A stretch of DNA of 64,000 nucleotides from an uncultured Armatimonadia bacterium (lineage in GTDB: Bacteria; Armatimonadota; Zipacnadia; CAVVLO01): contig CAVVLO010000002.1 in the NCBI GenBank assembly GCA_963749155.1, positions 1,184,001 to 1,248,000 on the forward strand, read 5' to 3'. Under the pieces are notes generated by a model. The model saw nothing but the letters and a program-made list of their open reading frames with translations, had not been told where the DNA came from and did no database searches. Shown here in pieces: positions 1 through 9,987 of this stretch. The position numbers and the translations under genes were made by a program. Within the stretch, counting starts at the first letter, position 1; each line of letters starts with the position of its first letter.

Positions 1-2
1 GC

Positions 3-1250
3 GCTCCAGCAAATCCAGTCACACCGATTAGTCTGGCTGTATGCCTGGAAGAAGCCCTCAGCCGTAATCCGAGCCTTGCGTCCGCTGCCTATTCGGTCGA
101 TATCGCTAGAGAGACTTTACGAGGGACCAAGGCTGCCTATCGTGCAAGCGTTGGACTTACTCTTGGAACAACCAAGATAGGAGGCCCTGGTGTATTGGGG
201 CCAGATCCTTCTACTTACCAACTGGCCGCGTCTGCTACTTATCCCCTATATACGAACGGGCAACGAGAAGCCAAGCTCGATGGAGCAAAGCTAGGAATTC
301 AATCATCAGAATATTCACTGGAATATGCGCGTCATCAGCTTGCGCTTTCCGTTACAAGCGCTTATTTCGATTTATTGAAGGCGGATGCGGATGTCGCCTC
401 TGCAGAGCAGCGCATCAGAAGGACCGAGGCGCACCTGTCTCTAGTTGAAGCTCGTATTATTGCTGAGACTGCTCCTCGTTCGGAGAGAGCAAGAGCCCTG
501 TCAGATGTCGAATCAGCCAGGGCTAGTCAGGCGCAGGCCCTGGGTGCCCAACTGAGCGCGCGCGCAAGTCTAAACCAGCTGCTTGCAAGACCCGTTTTCG
601 ATGAGCTTGCGGTGGTCCAGTTGCTCACTCCTGTTTATGAACTCCTTTCTTTCGATGGATACCGGACGCAGGCCTGGTCCAATCGCCCAGGCTTGCTTGA
701 GGCACAGATCCAACTTGATGCGTATGAAACAAATATCCTGGCAGTGAAAAGGCAGAAAGGAGTTACGTTGAGCCTGGGTGCAAGCCATAGCCTTGCTGAT
801 TCAAGCTTCCCGATGGATACAGATAACAGGCAGTGGTCCATGAGTCTCACTGCGAGCTATCCCTTGTTTGACGGGGACAGGATTGACTCTGCCTTGCGTA
901 GTGCCAAAGCGACTTATAACTTGCAAGAAGAAAATCTGCGCTCCCTGCAGATGCAAGTTGACCTCGATGTACAGCTTGCCCTGACTGCCTTGCAGACTGC
1001 GCAGGCCCAGCTTTCGGCCGCTGAAGCTTTTTGGGCAGCAGCCGAGGAAGCCTTGGGAGCGGCTACTGGACGCTATGAGGCAGGATTTGGCAATCTGGTC
1101 GAACTGATTGACGCTGAGACCGCTTATTATGAAGCAGAATTGCAGCGTAACCAGACACGTTATGCACTCTTTCAGGCGCTTGCAACGCTAGACTGGTCTA
1201 TTGGGAATCCACTAGCGATCCTTGACCAGGTCCGTATGGAGGGGAACTAG
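3..1250 (+). CDS. TolC-family outer membrane efflux protein (5' end lies outside the window)
   Basis: Frame is open from base 3 (APANPVTPISLAVCLEEALSRNPSL...). Two OEP-like repeats (YPLYTNG / YPLFDG...RYEAG...ELIDAE). Adjacent to adaptor and ABC genes. Confidence 0.9.
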   Translation, partial: APANPVTPISLAVCLEEALSRNPSLASAAYSVDIARETLRGTKAAYRASVGLTLGTTKIGGPGVLGPDPSTYQLAASATYPLYTNGQREAKLDGAKLGIQSSEYSLEYARHQLALSVTSAYFDLLKADADVASAEQRIRRTEAHLSLVEARIIAETAPRSERARALSDVESARASQAQALGAQLSARASLNQLLARPVFDELAVVQLLTPVYELLSFDGYRTQAWSNRPGLLEAQIQLDAYETNILAVKRQKGVTLSLGASHSLADSSFPMDTDNRQWSMSLTASYPLFDGDRIDSALRSAKATYNLQEENLRSLQMQVDLDVQLALTALQTAQAQLSAAEAFWAAAEEALGAATGRYEAGFGNLVELIDAETAYYEAELQRNQTRYALFQALATLDWSIGNPLAILDQVRMEGN

Positions 1251-1253
1251 CCA

Positions 1254-2948
1254 GTGCGTAAACTCGTCATAGCGCTCCTAGTGCTTGTGGTGCTTGGAGT
1301 ACCTGGAGGTTGGTATTATATGCGCCTCCGGTCTCCCCAACCTGCAAAAGTGATGGTAGAAAAAACCAAGGTGGGCGACCTTGAACTGTCGGTGCCTGGG
1401 GCACAAGCAGCCCAGGTCAAGGCAAGCCAGGAAGTCATGGTTATCCCTCAGATTGGCGGGAAGCTAACCAAGCTTCATGTTGAAGAAGGCGACTATGTCA
1501 GCAAGGGTGAATTGCTGGCCGTGCTCGACCCCACTGAATATGAGATTGCCGTGCGCGATGCGCTCTCTTCATTAAAACAGAGCCAGGCTCATTATGATCA
1601 GTTGAAACAACATACCGTGCGCCAGCCTGCCTTGACAGAGAGTGATGTAAAGCAGTCTCAGGCTGGCCTTGAAGGCGCTCGCCGGCGGCTCAATGAAGCG
1701 CAGATAGCTTATGACACCCAGCCACAAAGAGACCAGATGACAATCCAGCAGGCGAAAGCCAGCCTGGATCGCGCCCTTGCGAATCTCTCAGAACTGCAGA
1801 GAGGTGCTCGCAGCCAGGAGATTGCTCAGGGGCAGACAGAAGTTGCGCGCGCCCAGGCGAATCTCGAGAGTGCCAGGGCCGATTATGATCGGTATAAGCA
1901 GCTTTATGAAAAGGGCTACATCTCGGGTATGGACCTTGATCATGCAGAAACCCAGGTACGAGTAAATCAAAGTCAGCTTGATGCGGCCAAGCACAGGCTT
2001 GATCTATTGAGTAATCAAACATCACCTCAGGCACTTGCTGCAGGACAAGCCGACGTCAATCGCGCTCAGCAAGCACTGGAAGACGCCAGGCTGGCTGCTG
2101 ACCAGAGTAAAGCTCGTTTGCTTGAGTCACTTCAGTCTGCAAAATCTGATGTTGCCAGGGCAGAGGCCGTATTACAGGCTTCCAAGGCGCGCACGAATGA
2201 TGTGGTGATTAGCCAAAAGGAACTGGATGCAGCCAGGGCAACTGTTGACGGCGCGCGAACTCGGGTTGAGAGTGCCCGCAACCGTCTGAATTATATGTAT
2301 ATCCGCGCGCCCATCAGTGGCGCGGTCGCAAGGGTACTAGTCAAAGAAGGCGAGTATGTGACAGGAGGGGCTGTTGGTCTGGCTGCACAACAGATGCAGA
2401 TGCTGACCATCATCGACAAGACAGGCCTTTATGTGGAGCCGCAGATAGACGAAGTCGACATCCCGAAAGTTATGCTTGGACAGCAAGTACGCATCAAATC
2501 GGACGCCTTTCCTGAGCAGAATTTCGATGGAGAGGTTGTCGAGATTGCGCCTGCTGCCTCTCTTGGCCAACAGGGAGGCGTGGCTACCTTTACTGTCAAG
2601 GTGGCCTTGTTGTCTGGTAAAGGCAAGTTGCTGCCAGGGATGTCAGCAAATGTAGAGATAATTACCAAACAGCTAAAGGACGTCTTGCTTATCCCGACTG
2701 TCGGGGTCAAGTGGACGGGTGAACAGGCTACCGCCTTCACCATCGCAAACGGTATCGCCACAGAAGCCAAGTTGAAAACAGGCGAGTCCAACTGGCAATG
2801 GACCGAAGTAAAGGAAGGGCTCAAAGAAGGCGACGAGGTCGTCACCAATCTGGATGCGCGCTTCTTGCGGGACAAGGGCCCGGCTCAGGTGGTGACGGCA
2901 GAGCAGCTTGCCACCGAGGCCGCCGTTAAGGGGGCCAAACCTCAATGA
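1254..2948 (+). CDS. Efflux periplasmic adaptor subunit (MacA/HlyD-like) with long coiled coil
   Basis: N-terminal TM anchor, lipoyl-like VEEGDYVSKGELL and IRAPISG motifs, long helical hairpin, LLPGMSA beta-barrel motif. Confidence 0.92.
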   Translation: MRKLVIALLVLVVLGVPGGWYYMRLRSPQPAKVMVEKTKVGDLELSVPGAQAAQVKASQEVMVIPQIGGKLTKLHVEEGDYVSKGELLAVLDPTEYEIAVRDALSSLKQSQAHYDQLKQHTVRQPALTESDVKQSQAGLEGARRRLNEAQIAYDTQPQRDQMTIQQAKASLDRALANLSELQRGARSQEIAQGQTEVARAQANLESARADYDRYKQLYEKGYISGMDLDHAETQVRVNQSQLDAAKHRLDLLSNQTSPQALAAGQADVNRAQQALEDARLAADQSKARLLESLQSAKSDVARAEAVLQASKARTNDVVISQKELDAARATVDGARTRVESARNRLNYMYIRAPISGAVARVLVKEGEYVTGGAVGLAAQQMQMLTIIDKTGLYVEPQIDEVDIPKVMLGQQVRIKSDAFPEQNFDGEVVEIAPAASLGQQGGVATFTVKVALLSGKGKLLPGMSANVEIITKQLKDVLLIPTVGVKWTGEQATAFTIANGIATEAKLKTGESNWQWTEVKEGLKEGDEVVTNLDARFLRDKGPAQVVTAEQLATEAAVKGAKPQ

Positions 2949-3667
2949 CGAACGGCAATCCCGTCGTCGAGATGGTGGGCATTACGAAAATCTACGGCAA
3001 GGGCGAAGCTGCCGTTGTGGCGTTGCACGCGCTTGATCTTCGTATCTCGGAGGGCGAATATATCGCAATTATGGGGCCCTCTGGCTCCGGCAAGTCCACG
3101 TTGATGAATATAATCGGTTGCCTGGACCGTCCTACAGAAGGCGAATATTTACTTGATGGAGTGGAAGTTGACAAGGCGCCAGATTCTGCTCTGGCGCGCA
3201 TACGCAACCAAAAGGTTGGCTTCATCTTTCAGCAATTCAACCTGCTGTCCAGGCTCAACGCCCAACGTAATGTTGAACTCCCCCTTATCTATTCGGGAGT
3301 ATCCTCTCGAGAGCGGAAGACGCGTTCTACCGAGATACTGGAACGTGTCGGCCTTCGAGATCGTATGCACCATCGTCCAAATGAACTCTCTGGCGGCCAG
3401 CAGCAACGAGTGGCAATCGCGCGCGCGCTGGTAACCCAGCCCGCAATCATCCTGGCCGATGAGCCTACGGGTAATCTGGATACCAAATCAGGCGCAGAGA
3501 TACTCAAATTGTTCAGGGAGTTGGCCGATCTGGGAAAGACCTTGATCCTGGTAACCCATGACCCCAATGTGGCAAAGCATGCCCGACGCGTGGTTGGCCT
3601 GCTTGACGGTCAGCGCGTTACAGATGAAGCTGTCTCGCAGGAGGAAACCAGCGATGCAGCTATTTGA
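2945..3667 (+). CDS. ABC transporter ATP-binding protein (MacB/LolD-type)
   Basis: Walker A GPSGSGKST, LSGGQQQR signature, ILADEPTGNLD. Confidence 0.95.
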   Translation: MTNGNPVVEMVGITKIYGKGEAAVVALHALDLRISEGEYIAIMGPSGSGKSTLMNIIGCLDRPTEGEYLLDGVEVDKAPDSALARIRNQKVGFIFQQFNLLSRLNAQRNVELPLIYSGVSSRERKTRSTEILERVGLRDRMHHRPNELSGGQQQRVAIARALVTQPAIILADEPTGNLDTKSGAEILKLFRELADLGKTLILVTHDPNVAKHARRVVGLLDGQRVTDEAVSQEETSDAAI

Positions 3668-4880
3668 AAACGCAAGAATAGCTATGGCGGCTATCTGGGC
3701 CAACAAGATGCGTTCTTTCCTCACCACGCTGGGCATTGTGATAGGCGTTTTTTCCGTAATCTTGCTGGTTGGGATCGGACAGGGAGTTACCGAGCGGGTT
3801 TCTGGTCAGATAAAAGGACTTGGTTCCAACCTGATGATTGTTATACCGGGCGTGCATGACCTGCAACCCTTTAGCGACGACAGGCGCCGGCGAATCGATC
3901 CACGCCAACAACAGAATAATCTCGTTCCTGCGGATGCCAAGCATCTTGAAGAATACTGCCAGGCGATAGATCTTGCCACTCCGGTTGTTGAGACCCAGTT
4001 TCCAGTCAAATATGAAGACATTCTGATAAACCCAACTGTGCTTGGTATTGAGCCGCCTTTCTTCGAGGTCCGCAACATCGAACAGGGTGCTGGGTCTCTA
4101 CTGGACTGGAACCAGGTGTTGGCGAAACACCGAGTTTGCGTGTTAGGCCCGGGCGTTGTGGAGAGTGTCTTCCCGCCAGGCGCGGTTCCCCTCGGTAAAC
4201 AAATTTCGGTTGGTTCGATCCCCTTTACTATCATCGGGGTATGTGGCAAGAAAGGCCAGGCGTCGATGGATGACGAAGACTTCCGCGTCTATATACCACT
4301 TGGTGTCGCAATGAATATGTTCAACACCAATGGGCGCGTATCCCATATCGACTGCACGGCAATTGCGCCCAATCTGGTTGAAGCAGCCAAGAGTCAGGCA
4401 GAACGCCTGTTGGATCTGAAACACGGTGAGCGCGACTTTACCATTTTTACCCAAAGCCAGTTGCTTGAGACCGCCGCCTCCATACTGGGCATCCTTACGG
4501 CAATGCTTGGCGGCATAGCAGGCATCTCGCTGCTTGTTGGCGGCATCGGGATCATGAATATTATGCTTGTCTCGGTCACTGAGCGCACGCGCGAGATAGG
4601 CTTAAGGAAGGCCTTGGGTGCCCGTTCAATCGACATCCTGGCCCAGTTTTTGGTCGAGTCGGCGGTACTTAGTGCTCTGGGAGGCGCAATCGGCACGGGG
4701 CTTGGGGCTGGGGCAGCGATTTTGATAGAGAAATTTGTCGAGCAGTTACCTACTCAGATAACTCTATGGTCAGTTGTGATGGCGGTGGTGTTCTCCGGTT
4801 TTATTGGTGTGGTTTTTGGCGTATTGCCTGCACGTAAAGCGGCACGTATGGATCCGATAGTAGCGCTTCGATACGAATAA
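3654..4880 (+). CDS. ABC transporter permease (MacB/FtsX-type)
   Basis: RSFLTTLGIVIG and GIMNIMLVSVTERTREIG motifs, DPIVALRYE end. Start placed at ATG 3654 behind AGGAGG. Confidence 0.93.
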   Translation: MQLFENARIAMAAIWANKMRSFLTTLGIVIGVFSVILLVGIGQGVTERVSGQIKGLGSNLMIVIPGVHDLQPFSDDRRRRIDPRQQQNNLVPADAKHLEEYCQAIDLATPVVETQFPVKYEDILINPTVLGIEPPFFEVRNIEQGAGSLLDWNQVLAKHRVCVLGPGVVESVFPPGAVPLGKQISVGSIPFTIIGVCGKKGQASMDDEDFRVYIPLGVAMNMFNTNGRVSHIDCTAIAPNLVEAAKSQAERLLDLKHGERDFTIFTQSQLLETAASILGILTAMLGGIAGISLLVGGIGIMNIMLVSVTERTREIGLRKALGARSIDILAQFLVESAVLSALGGAIGTGLGAGAAILIEKFVEQLPTQITLWSVVMAVVFSGFIGVVFGVLPARKAARMDPIVALRYE

Positions 4881-4961
4881 GAAATCCTGTATAGGCGCCA
4901 GCAACTCGCGTGGACCTTGCCACTGGTTTGCTTGCAGTTCAGGGTAAGCTTGGAAGAACCA

Positions 4962-4991
4962 CATAAAGCTTACAAGCTTGTAAGCTTTATG
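4962..4991. repeat. Perfect 30-bp palindrome between convergent genes (possible bidirectional terminator)
   Basis: CATAAAGCTTACAAGCTTGTAAGCTTTATG is its own reverse complement. Confidence 0.85.
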
Positions 4992-5694
4992 GTGCCCCGC
5001 CTTCAGCAAATAGCTGCCAAACCGCATCCGCAATGAGCTTCATACCTGCATCATTGGGATGCGCTGCATCCGCAAAGAGTGCTGCGAAATCGCCTGTGGC
5101 TTGCACCCCCGCCGCCGTTGCCGCATAGGCATCTATTAGAGGCAGTCCCTTGCATTCGGCAACTCCGCGCAAGGCGTCGAGATAGTCTTCATAAGTGGCC
5201 TTGCCTTCTACTTGCTGGACTCGGCCGATGGTCCCTTTTAGAGGCCAGTTGGAATAGTCGGTTAGCAGGATGTTCTGCCTCATCAGTATCGGAAGCGCCT
5301 TCAATCCTTCGAGTTGCTCGAGGATGCGATCCAGATAGAAGAGATAGTCTTCTATCGGCACCTGGTTGCCACCGTGCCAGTCGTTGATGCCATAGGCAAT
5401 TATGACGCCCTGGGGCTTATGAACGGCAACTTCGGTTTCAAAATCCGCCCAGGCACCTTTCATAGTGCGCCCTCCAATACCGCTATTTACGACTCGGGCG
5501 TTCGGGTAGTGGAGATTGAGCAGTTCACGAAAAAGATTTACCCAGCTTCGCGCCAGCTTGTCTCCACGCGCATAGAGGCCAGATGCTGCCCCTCCAAAAG
5601 TAACGCTGTCACCAAAACAGACGATAGTGCCTCCCTCGGGAGAGGCAAGTTGGGCTTTCAATTCAGTCAGCGTATGCATCAAAAGGGCCTCCAA
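4987..5694 (-). CDS. SGNH/GDSL hydrolase family protein
   Basis: Blocks FGDS, NSGIGG, GIND, DAAHP. Confidence 0.9.
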   Translation of the reverse strand: MEALLMHTLTELKAQLASPEGGTIVCFGDSVTFGGAASGLYARGDKLARSWVNLFRELLNLHYPNARVVNSGIGGRTMKGAWADFETEVAVHKPQGVIIAYGINDWHGGNQVPIEDYLFYLDRILEQLEGLKALPILMRQNILLTDYSNWPLKGTIGRVQQVEGKATYEDYLDALRGVAECKGLPLIDAYAATAAGVQATGDFAALFADAAHPNDAGMKLIADAVWQLFAEGGAP

Positions 5695-5707
5695 GCTTAC
5701 ATATATG

Positions 5708-6355
5708 TCAACTTCTGGCGGCGCAATACTGCAGGAAGTTCGTTACTACCCGGGCGCCATCTGGCATCTCGTCAGTGAAGTGCTCTGGGTGGAACTGCGT
5801 GCCAAAAAGAGGCAAGCGCTTATGACACATCGCCTGGATTGCCGCGCGCGAGTTCCAGGCTGTCACAATAAAGCCTGGGGGGATGGCCTTCAATTCTTCG
5901 AAGTGGTTCTGCCTGACCATCACCACAGGCCCAAGGCCACTGAACAAGGGATTATCAAGCCTGATTTTGACGGGGCAGTAACCATGCTCGCCAATACAGT
6001 CATCATGAGTGTACGCTTCGCCTTCAGGTTTGTTGCATTGCATCGGCGCGCAGCGAGTACCCAGTACCACACCGATAAGCTGATGACCGCCACAGATCCC
6101 AAGTACTGGGCAAGGGGGTTGCTGTACCAACCGGCGTGTGGGAGCAACCAATTCTTCGGTATATTCTTCCCATAGTGCACCAGAGCCGCTGTATATGATG
6201 CCTGTGGCCCTTTGTTCTCGCAGCCAGTCAGGTTCAGCCTGGGACAGATGGATGCCTCTGAAGCCTCTCCTGCCCAGACGTCCTAGCCCTTTCACCAGAT
6301 TATCGAAGCTTCCAGTCTTGGCAGGATCAGGTTCTGTGTTTACAGCAAACAGCAC
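5708..6355 (-). CDS. Class I glutamine amidotransferase (stand-alone, GuaA-N-like)
   Basis: LGICGGHQ nucleophile Cys and TQFHPE His-Glu. Confidence 0.88.
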   Translation of the reverse strand: MLFAVNTEPDPAKTGSFDNLVKGLGRLGRRGFRGIHLSQAEPDWLREQRATGIIYSGSGALWEEYTEELVAPTRRLVQQPPCPVLGICGGHQLIGVVLGTRCAPMQCNKPEGEAYTHDDCIGEHGYCPVKIRLDNPLFSGLGPVVMVRQNHFEELKAIPPGFIVTAWNSRAAIQAMCHKRLPLFGTQFHPEHFTDEMPDGARVVTNFLQYCAARS

Positions 6356-6356
6356 T

Positions 6357-7748
6357 TCAGCGCGCCTCCATAATCTTTCGATGGGCTATCCGACGTCCAA
6401 ATAGTATTGCAACCAGACCTGTCAAAGTTGGTATCAGGTGCCACCAGTAATTATCCACCCAGGCCAGTTGGGCCAAAGCCGATGAGGCGCTTAGCGAAGC
6501 CGGCAATTCGTCAAAGGCCGCTCGTAGAGGCTCCAGCGCCCACCAATAAAGCGGGGGGAAGAAAGCCAGTATGATTGCGCCAAACAAGACACATAAGAGT
6601 GTACGAGTGGGGACAGTCCGACCAGACTGGGTATCGATAGAGGTTGCTTGCCAAAGTATCATTGTGACTACAACGAGAATCATCCCGGCCAGCCAGGCAG
6701 CAAGTTTAGCCGCTGGCTCATGCCCCAGAGCGGTATTTGAAAGGGAGGCTATTGCCCACCAGGAAAAAGCTGTCCCAGGCCCAGTGAGCAAGAGAAGCAG
6801 CCATACACTACCAGCTGACCATCTCGAAAGAGATCCAGGCCATCTGGCTTCAACTCCAAGTAATAAAGTCCCCCCAAGCAACAGGCAAGCTGCGGCTCCC
6901 ACCGGACAATAACCTGGCACTGCCAGGGCGGCTGAGCCAATCAGCAGCAGTGCAGCTCCTGTCCCATCAAGTCTGCCTTTTGTATCCAGTGCCAAAACAA
7001 CTGCCACCAGGCCTAGCCCAAGGCCCCAGACCCAGGCTACCTCAAGAGGGGCTGCTCGCCGGGTGAACAGCGTCCAGGCTAGAACGAGAACGGGGATTGC
7101 CAGCGTTGCCAGCACGACTGGACGTTCGTCCGACGTCCATATCAAGGTGAGCCGAATGACCAGCCAAAACAGAAACAATCCCACAAAAAGAAACTGCATA
7201 CCAGGGAGGAGAGCTGACAGAGAAAACAGGGGTGCTCTTGCACCTAGCAGTATCAAAGGCAATCCAGCCACGAGCGCAAAGGTAACCGCCAGAAAATAAT
7301 GCCAGCCCTTGCTTGCTCGCCTGCGCTGCCAGGAGCCTGCCCAAAGAGCCACTTCTATCCAGAAAAGCTGCCAAAGGACGCTGGTGGATAACACCGCTGT
7401 AAGGGCAGCAGCAGCAGCCAGTGAAGGCAGAGCAAGAGCTTCTGGCTTGCGCACAAATAAAGGTATGAATGCCAGAATCAGCCAGGTTATCAGCCCTAGT
7501 GCTACTCGGAAACGCGAAAGCTCAAAACAGAAAGGTCCAAGCGCGGAGCCAATCCAGGCGAAGCCGGGAGCTTCTGCTCGTGTCAGCAGCAGCCCCCCTG
7601 CAAGCAAGATAAGACTAGCCATTACAAGTACTCTGGCCAGTGGTCGGTCTAACTCGACGTGGAAATCTTCTCTGAAGCATAAAAAACCTGCAGTCAGCCA
7701 GGCGCAGAAAAGGGCGCCAAGCGCCAGGGCGGTTCCAAAGGCAAGCAT
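6357..7748 (-). CDS. Hypothetical polytopic membrane protein
   Basis: 463-aa ORF with many hydrophobic segments; AGGAGG RBS; tightly coupled to the downstream genes. Confidence 0.7.
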   Translation of the reverse strand: MLAFGTALALGALFCAWLTAGFLCFREDFHVELDRPLARVLVMASLILLAGGLLLTRAEAPGFAWIGSALGPFCFELSRFRVALGLITWLILAFIPLFVRKPEALALPSLAAAAALTAVLSTSVLWQLFWIEVALWAGSWQRRRASKGWHYFLAVTFALVAGLPLILLGARAPLFSLSALLPGMQFLFVGLFLFWLVIRLTLIWTSDERPVVLATLAIPVLVLAWTLFTRRAAPLEVAWVWGLGLGLVAVVLALDTKGRLDGTGAALLLIGSAALAVPGYCPVGAAACLLLGGTLLLGVEARWPGSLSRWSAGSVWLLLLLTGPGTAFSWWAIASLSNTALGHEPAAKLAAWLAGMILVVVTMILWQATSIDTQSGRTVPTRTLLCVLFGAIILAFFPPLYWWALEPLRAAFDELPASLSASSALAQLAWVDNYWWHLIPTLTGLVAILFGRRIAHRKIMEAR

Positions 7749-7824
7749 GTATCTCCTCCTGTCCCCCTATTGTACCCTTTCCGCAAGCCTCCTGGCCCGT
7801 ATCTCCTGCCCTCGAGAGCACTCT

Positions 7825-7840
7825 TGGCACGCTACTTGCA
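7825..7840 (+). promoter_or_regulatory. Sigma54 (-24/-12) promoter upstream of ahcY
   Basis: TGGCAC-GCTAC-TTGCA matches the TGGCAC-N5-TTGCW consensus exactly. Confidence 0.7.
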
Positions 7841-7871
7841 TAGCTTGCCCCTGGTGAAGCAAGCCATAACC

Positions 7872-7901
7872 TTGACCCGGCTTGCTAGCCCTTCTTATAA
7901 T
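7872..7901 (+). promoter_or_regulatory. Sigma70-type promoter upstream of ahcY
   Basis: TTGACC-N18-TATAAT. Confidence 0.6.
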
Positions 7902-7933
7902 CCGCGTATCAGAGCGCCTCAGGGGGCAAAAGT

Positions 7934-9190
7934 ATGAAGTACGATGTGAAGAATCTGGGATTGGCAAGTCAGGGCAAGTTAAAAATCGAATGGGCTGCAA
8001 AGAATATGCAGGTGCTTGAACAATTGCGCGATGAGTTCGAAAAGGCGCAACCGCTTGCTGGCCAGCGTCTGGCGGCCTGCCTTCACGTTACTAGCGAGAC
8101 CGCTAACCTGATGCGCACCCTCAAAGCAGGTGGAGCCGAAGTTGCCCTTTGCGCTTCCAACCCACTTAGTACCCAGGATGATGTCGCGGCTTCTCTGGTT
8201 GCTGATTATGAGATTCCAACCTTTGCTATCAAAGGCGAAGACAATGCCACATACTATGAACACATACACGCCGCTCTCGAACTGGAGCCGACCCTCACAA
8301 TGGACGATGGCGCAGACCTCGTGACAATGCTCCATTCCGAGCGCAGAGAACTGCTGCCAGGCGTGCTTGGCGGCACTGAAGAGACCACTACAGGAGTTAT
8401 CCGCCTGCGCGCGATGGCAGCCGGCGAGGTACTGCAGTATCCCATCATCGCCGTCAACGACGCGATGACCAAGCATCTTTTTGACAACCGGTATGGCACT
8501 GGCCAGAGCACCATTGATGGCCTGCTGCGCGCTACCAATATGCTGATGGCTGGTAAAACTTTTGTCGTCTTCGGCTATGGGATGTGCGGGCGAGGTGTTG
8601 CGATGCGGGCCAGTGGTATGGGCGCCAAGGTCATCGTCTGCGAGGTTTCTCCTTTGATGGCGCTCGAAGCTGCGATGGATGGCTTCCGCGTGATGCCTTC
8701 CGAGGAGGCTGCGACAATTGGCGAGGTATTCGTTACCGTCACTGGAGACAAGCACGTGCTTGGGGGCAAGCATTTCGACAAGATGAAGGATGGCGCGATT
8801 CTAGGCAACTCGGGTCATTTCAATGTCGAGATAGACATACCTGCCCTCGAAGAACGCGCCCGCGCCAGGCGCAACATACGCCCCTTTGTGGACGAGTTTG
8901 AGATGCAGGATGGCAGGCGACTTTATCTGATCGCCGAGGGCCGACTGCTCAATCTGGCTGCGGCGGAAGGCCACCCCGCGGCTGTAATGGATATGAGCTT
9001 CGCCAATCAGGCGCTCAGCGCAGCCTATATGGCCGCGAAGGCAGGTCAGCTCGCACCTAAAGTCTATCCCGTGCCGACAGAGCTTGATGAGCGTATTGCC
9101 AGCCTCAAGCTTGAGACGATGGGCCTCCAAATCGATACGCTTACTCCTGAGCAAGTCAGTTATCTTGGTGAATGGCAAGAGGGGACTTGA
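7934..9190 (+). CDS. ahcY: Adenosylhomocysteinase
   Basis: [47 protein letters not shown] motifs. Confidence 0.98.
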   Translation: MKYDVKNLGLASQGKLKIEWAAKNMQVLEQLRDEFEKAQPLAGQRLAACLHVTSETANLMRTLKAGGAEVALCASNPLSTQDDVAASLVADYEIPTFAIKGEDNATYYEHIHAALELEPTLTMDDGADLVTMLHSERRELLPGVLGGTEETTTGVIRLRAMAAGEVLQYPIIAVNDAMTKHLFDNRYGTGQSTIDGLLRATNMLMAGKTFVVFGYGMCGRGVAMRASGMGAKVIVCEVSPLMALEAAMDGFRVMPSEEAATIGEVFVTVTGDKHVLGGKHFDKMKDGAILGNSGHFNVEIDIPALEERARARRNIRPFVDEFEMQDGRRLYLIAEGRLLNLAAAEGHPAAVMDMSFANQALSAAYMAAKAGQLAPKVYPVPTELDERIASLKLETMGLQIDTLTPEQVSYLGEWQEGT

Positions 9191-9987
9191 TGGAGTCATC
9201 CAGTCCAGCTGGCACGCCTGCGTTCGAGACAGCCGAGTTGTTTGGGCTGCCGCTTGCGCGCGTGACTTTTCGCGAAGCTCTGGGGCTTTGTAAAAGCTGG
9301 CTGAAGGAGTCTACTCCCCACCATATCATCACTGCAGATGCCACGATGGTGCTTGAAGCGCTTGATGATGCTCGTTTGAAGGAGCTCCTCGCGCGCGCTG
9401 CGCTCATAGTGCCTGATGGCTTTGGGGTGGTGTGGGCTGCTCGCCGGCTTGGGATGCAACTGCCCGAAAGAGTGCCTGGCTGCGAACTGGCAGAACGCCT
9501 TTGCATCGAGACTGCCGATCTTGGTACCCGATTCTACTTTTTAGGGGGAGCGCCCGGCGTTGCCGCAGAAGCAGCCGAACGCTTGAAAGAGAAGTATCCA
9601 ACCCTTCAGATCGTTGGCACCAGGCATGGTTATTTCACCGAGCAGGAAGAATCCGAGATCGTCACCGAGATCGTTGCTCTCAGGCCAGATGTCCTGTATT
9701 GCGCCCTGGGCATTCCCAAACAAGAGTTTTTTATCGCCAAATATGCCAATCAGCTTGGGGCAAAGTTGCTGATGGGAGTTGGCGGTACGCTGGATGTTCT
9801 TAGCGGCCGAGTAAAGCGCGCGCCCAGACTTTTACAGAATCTTCACCTTGAGTGGCTGTATCGCACGCTTGGCCAACCGCGCAAGCGCCTTCCGCGTGCC
9901 CTAAAACTTGCGCGACTTGTCTGGCTTACCGCCCAGGAGCGCAGGCGTATAGGCCAGACGCAGAAGGAGCAACCTGCTGATGGCTGA
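9190..9987 (+). CDS. WecB/TagA/CpsF family glycosyltransferase (GT26)
   Basis: PDGFGV, HGYF, LGIPKQE, GVGGTLD, LEWLYR motifs; TGATG coupling to ahcY. Confidence 0.92.
   Translation: MESSSPAGTPAFETAELFGLPLARVTFREALGLCKSWLKESTPHHIITADATMVLEALDDARLKELLARAALIVPDGFGVVWAARRLGMQLPERVPGCELAERLCIETADLGTRFYFLGGAPGVAAEAAERLKEKYPTLQIVGTRHGYFTEQEESEIVTEIVALRPDVLYCALGIPKQEFFIAKYANQLGAKLLMGVGGTLDVLSGRVKRAPRLLQNLHLEWLYRTLGQPRKRLPRALKLARLVWLTAQERRRIGQTQKEQPADG

Noticed and set aside
7902..7933. SAH riboswitch before ahcY
   Set aside because: The leader after the sigma70 promoter is too short and no consensus elements were recognised.
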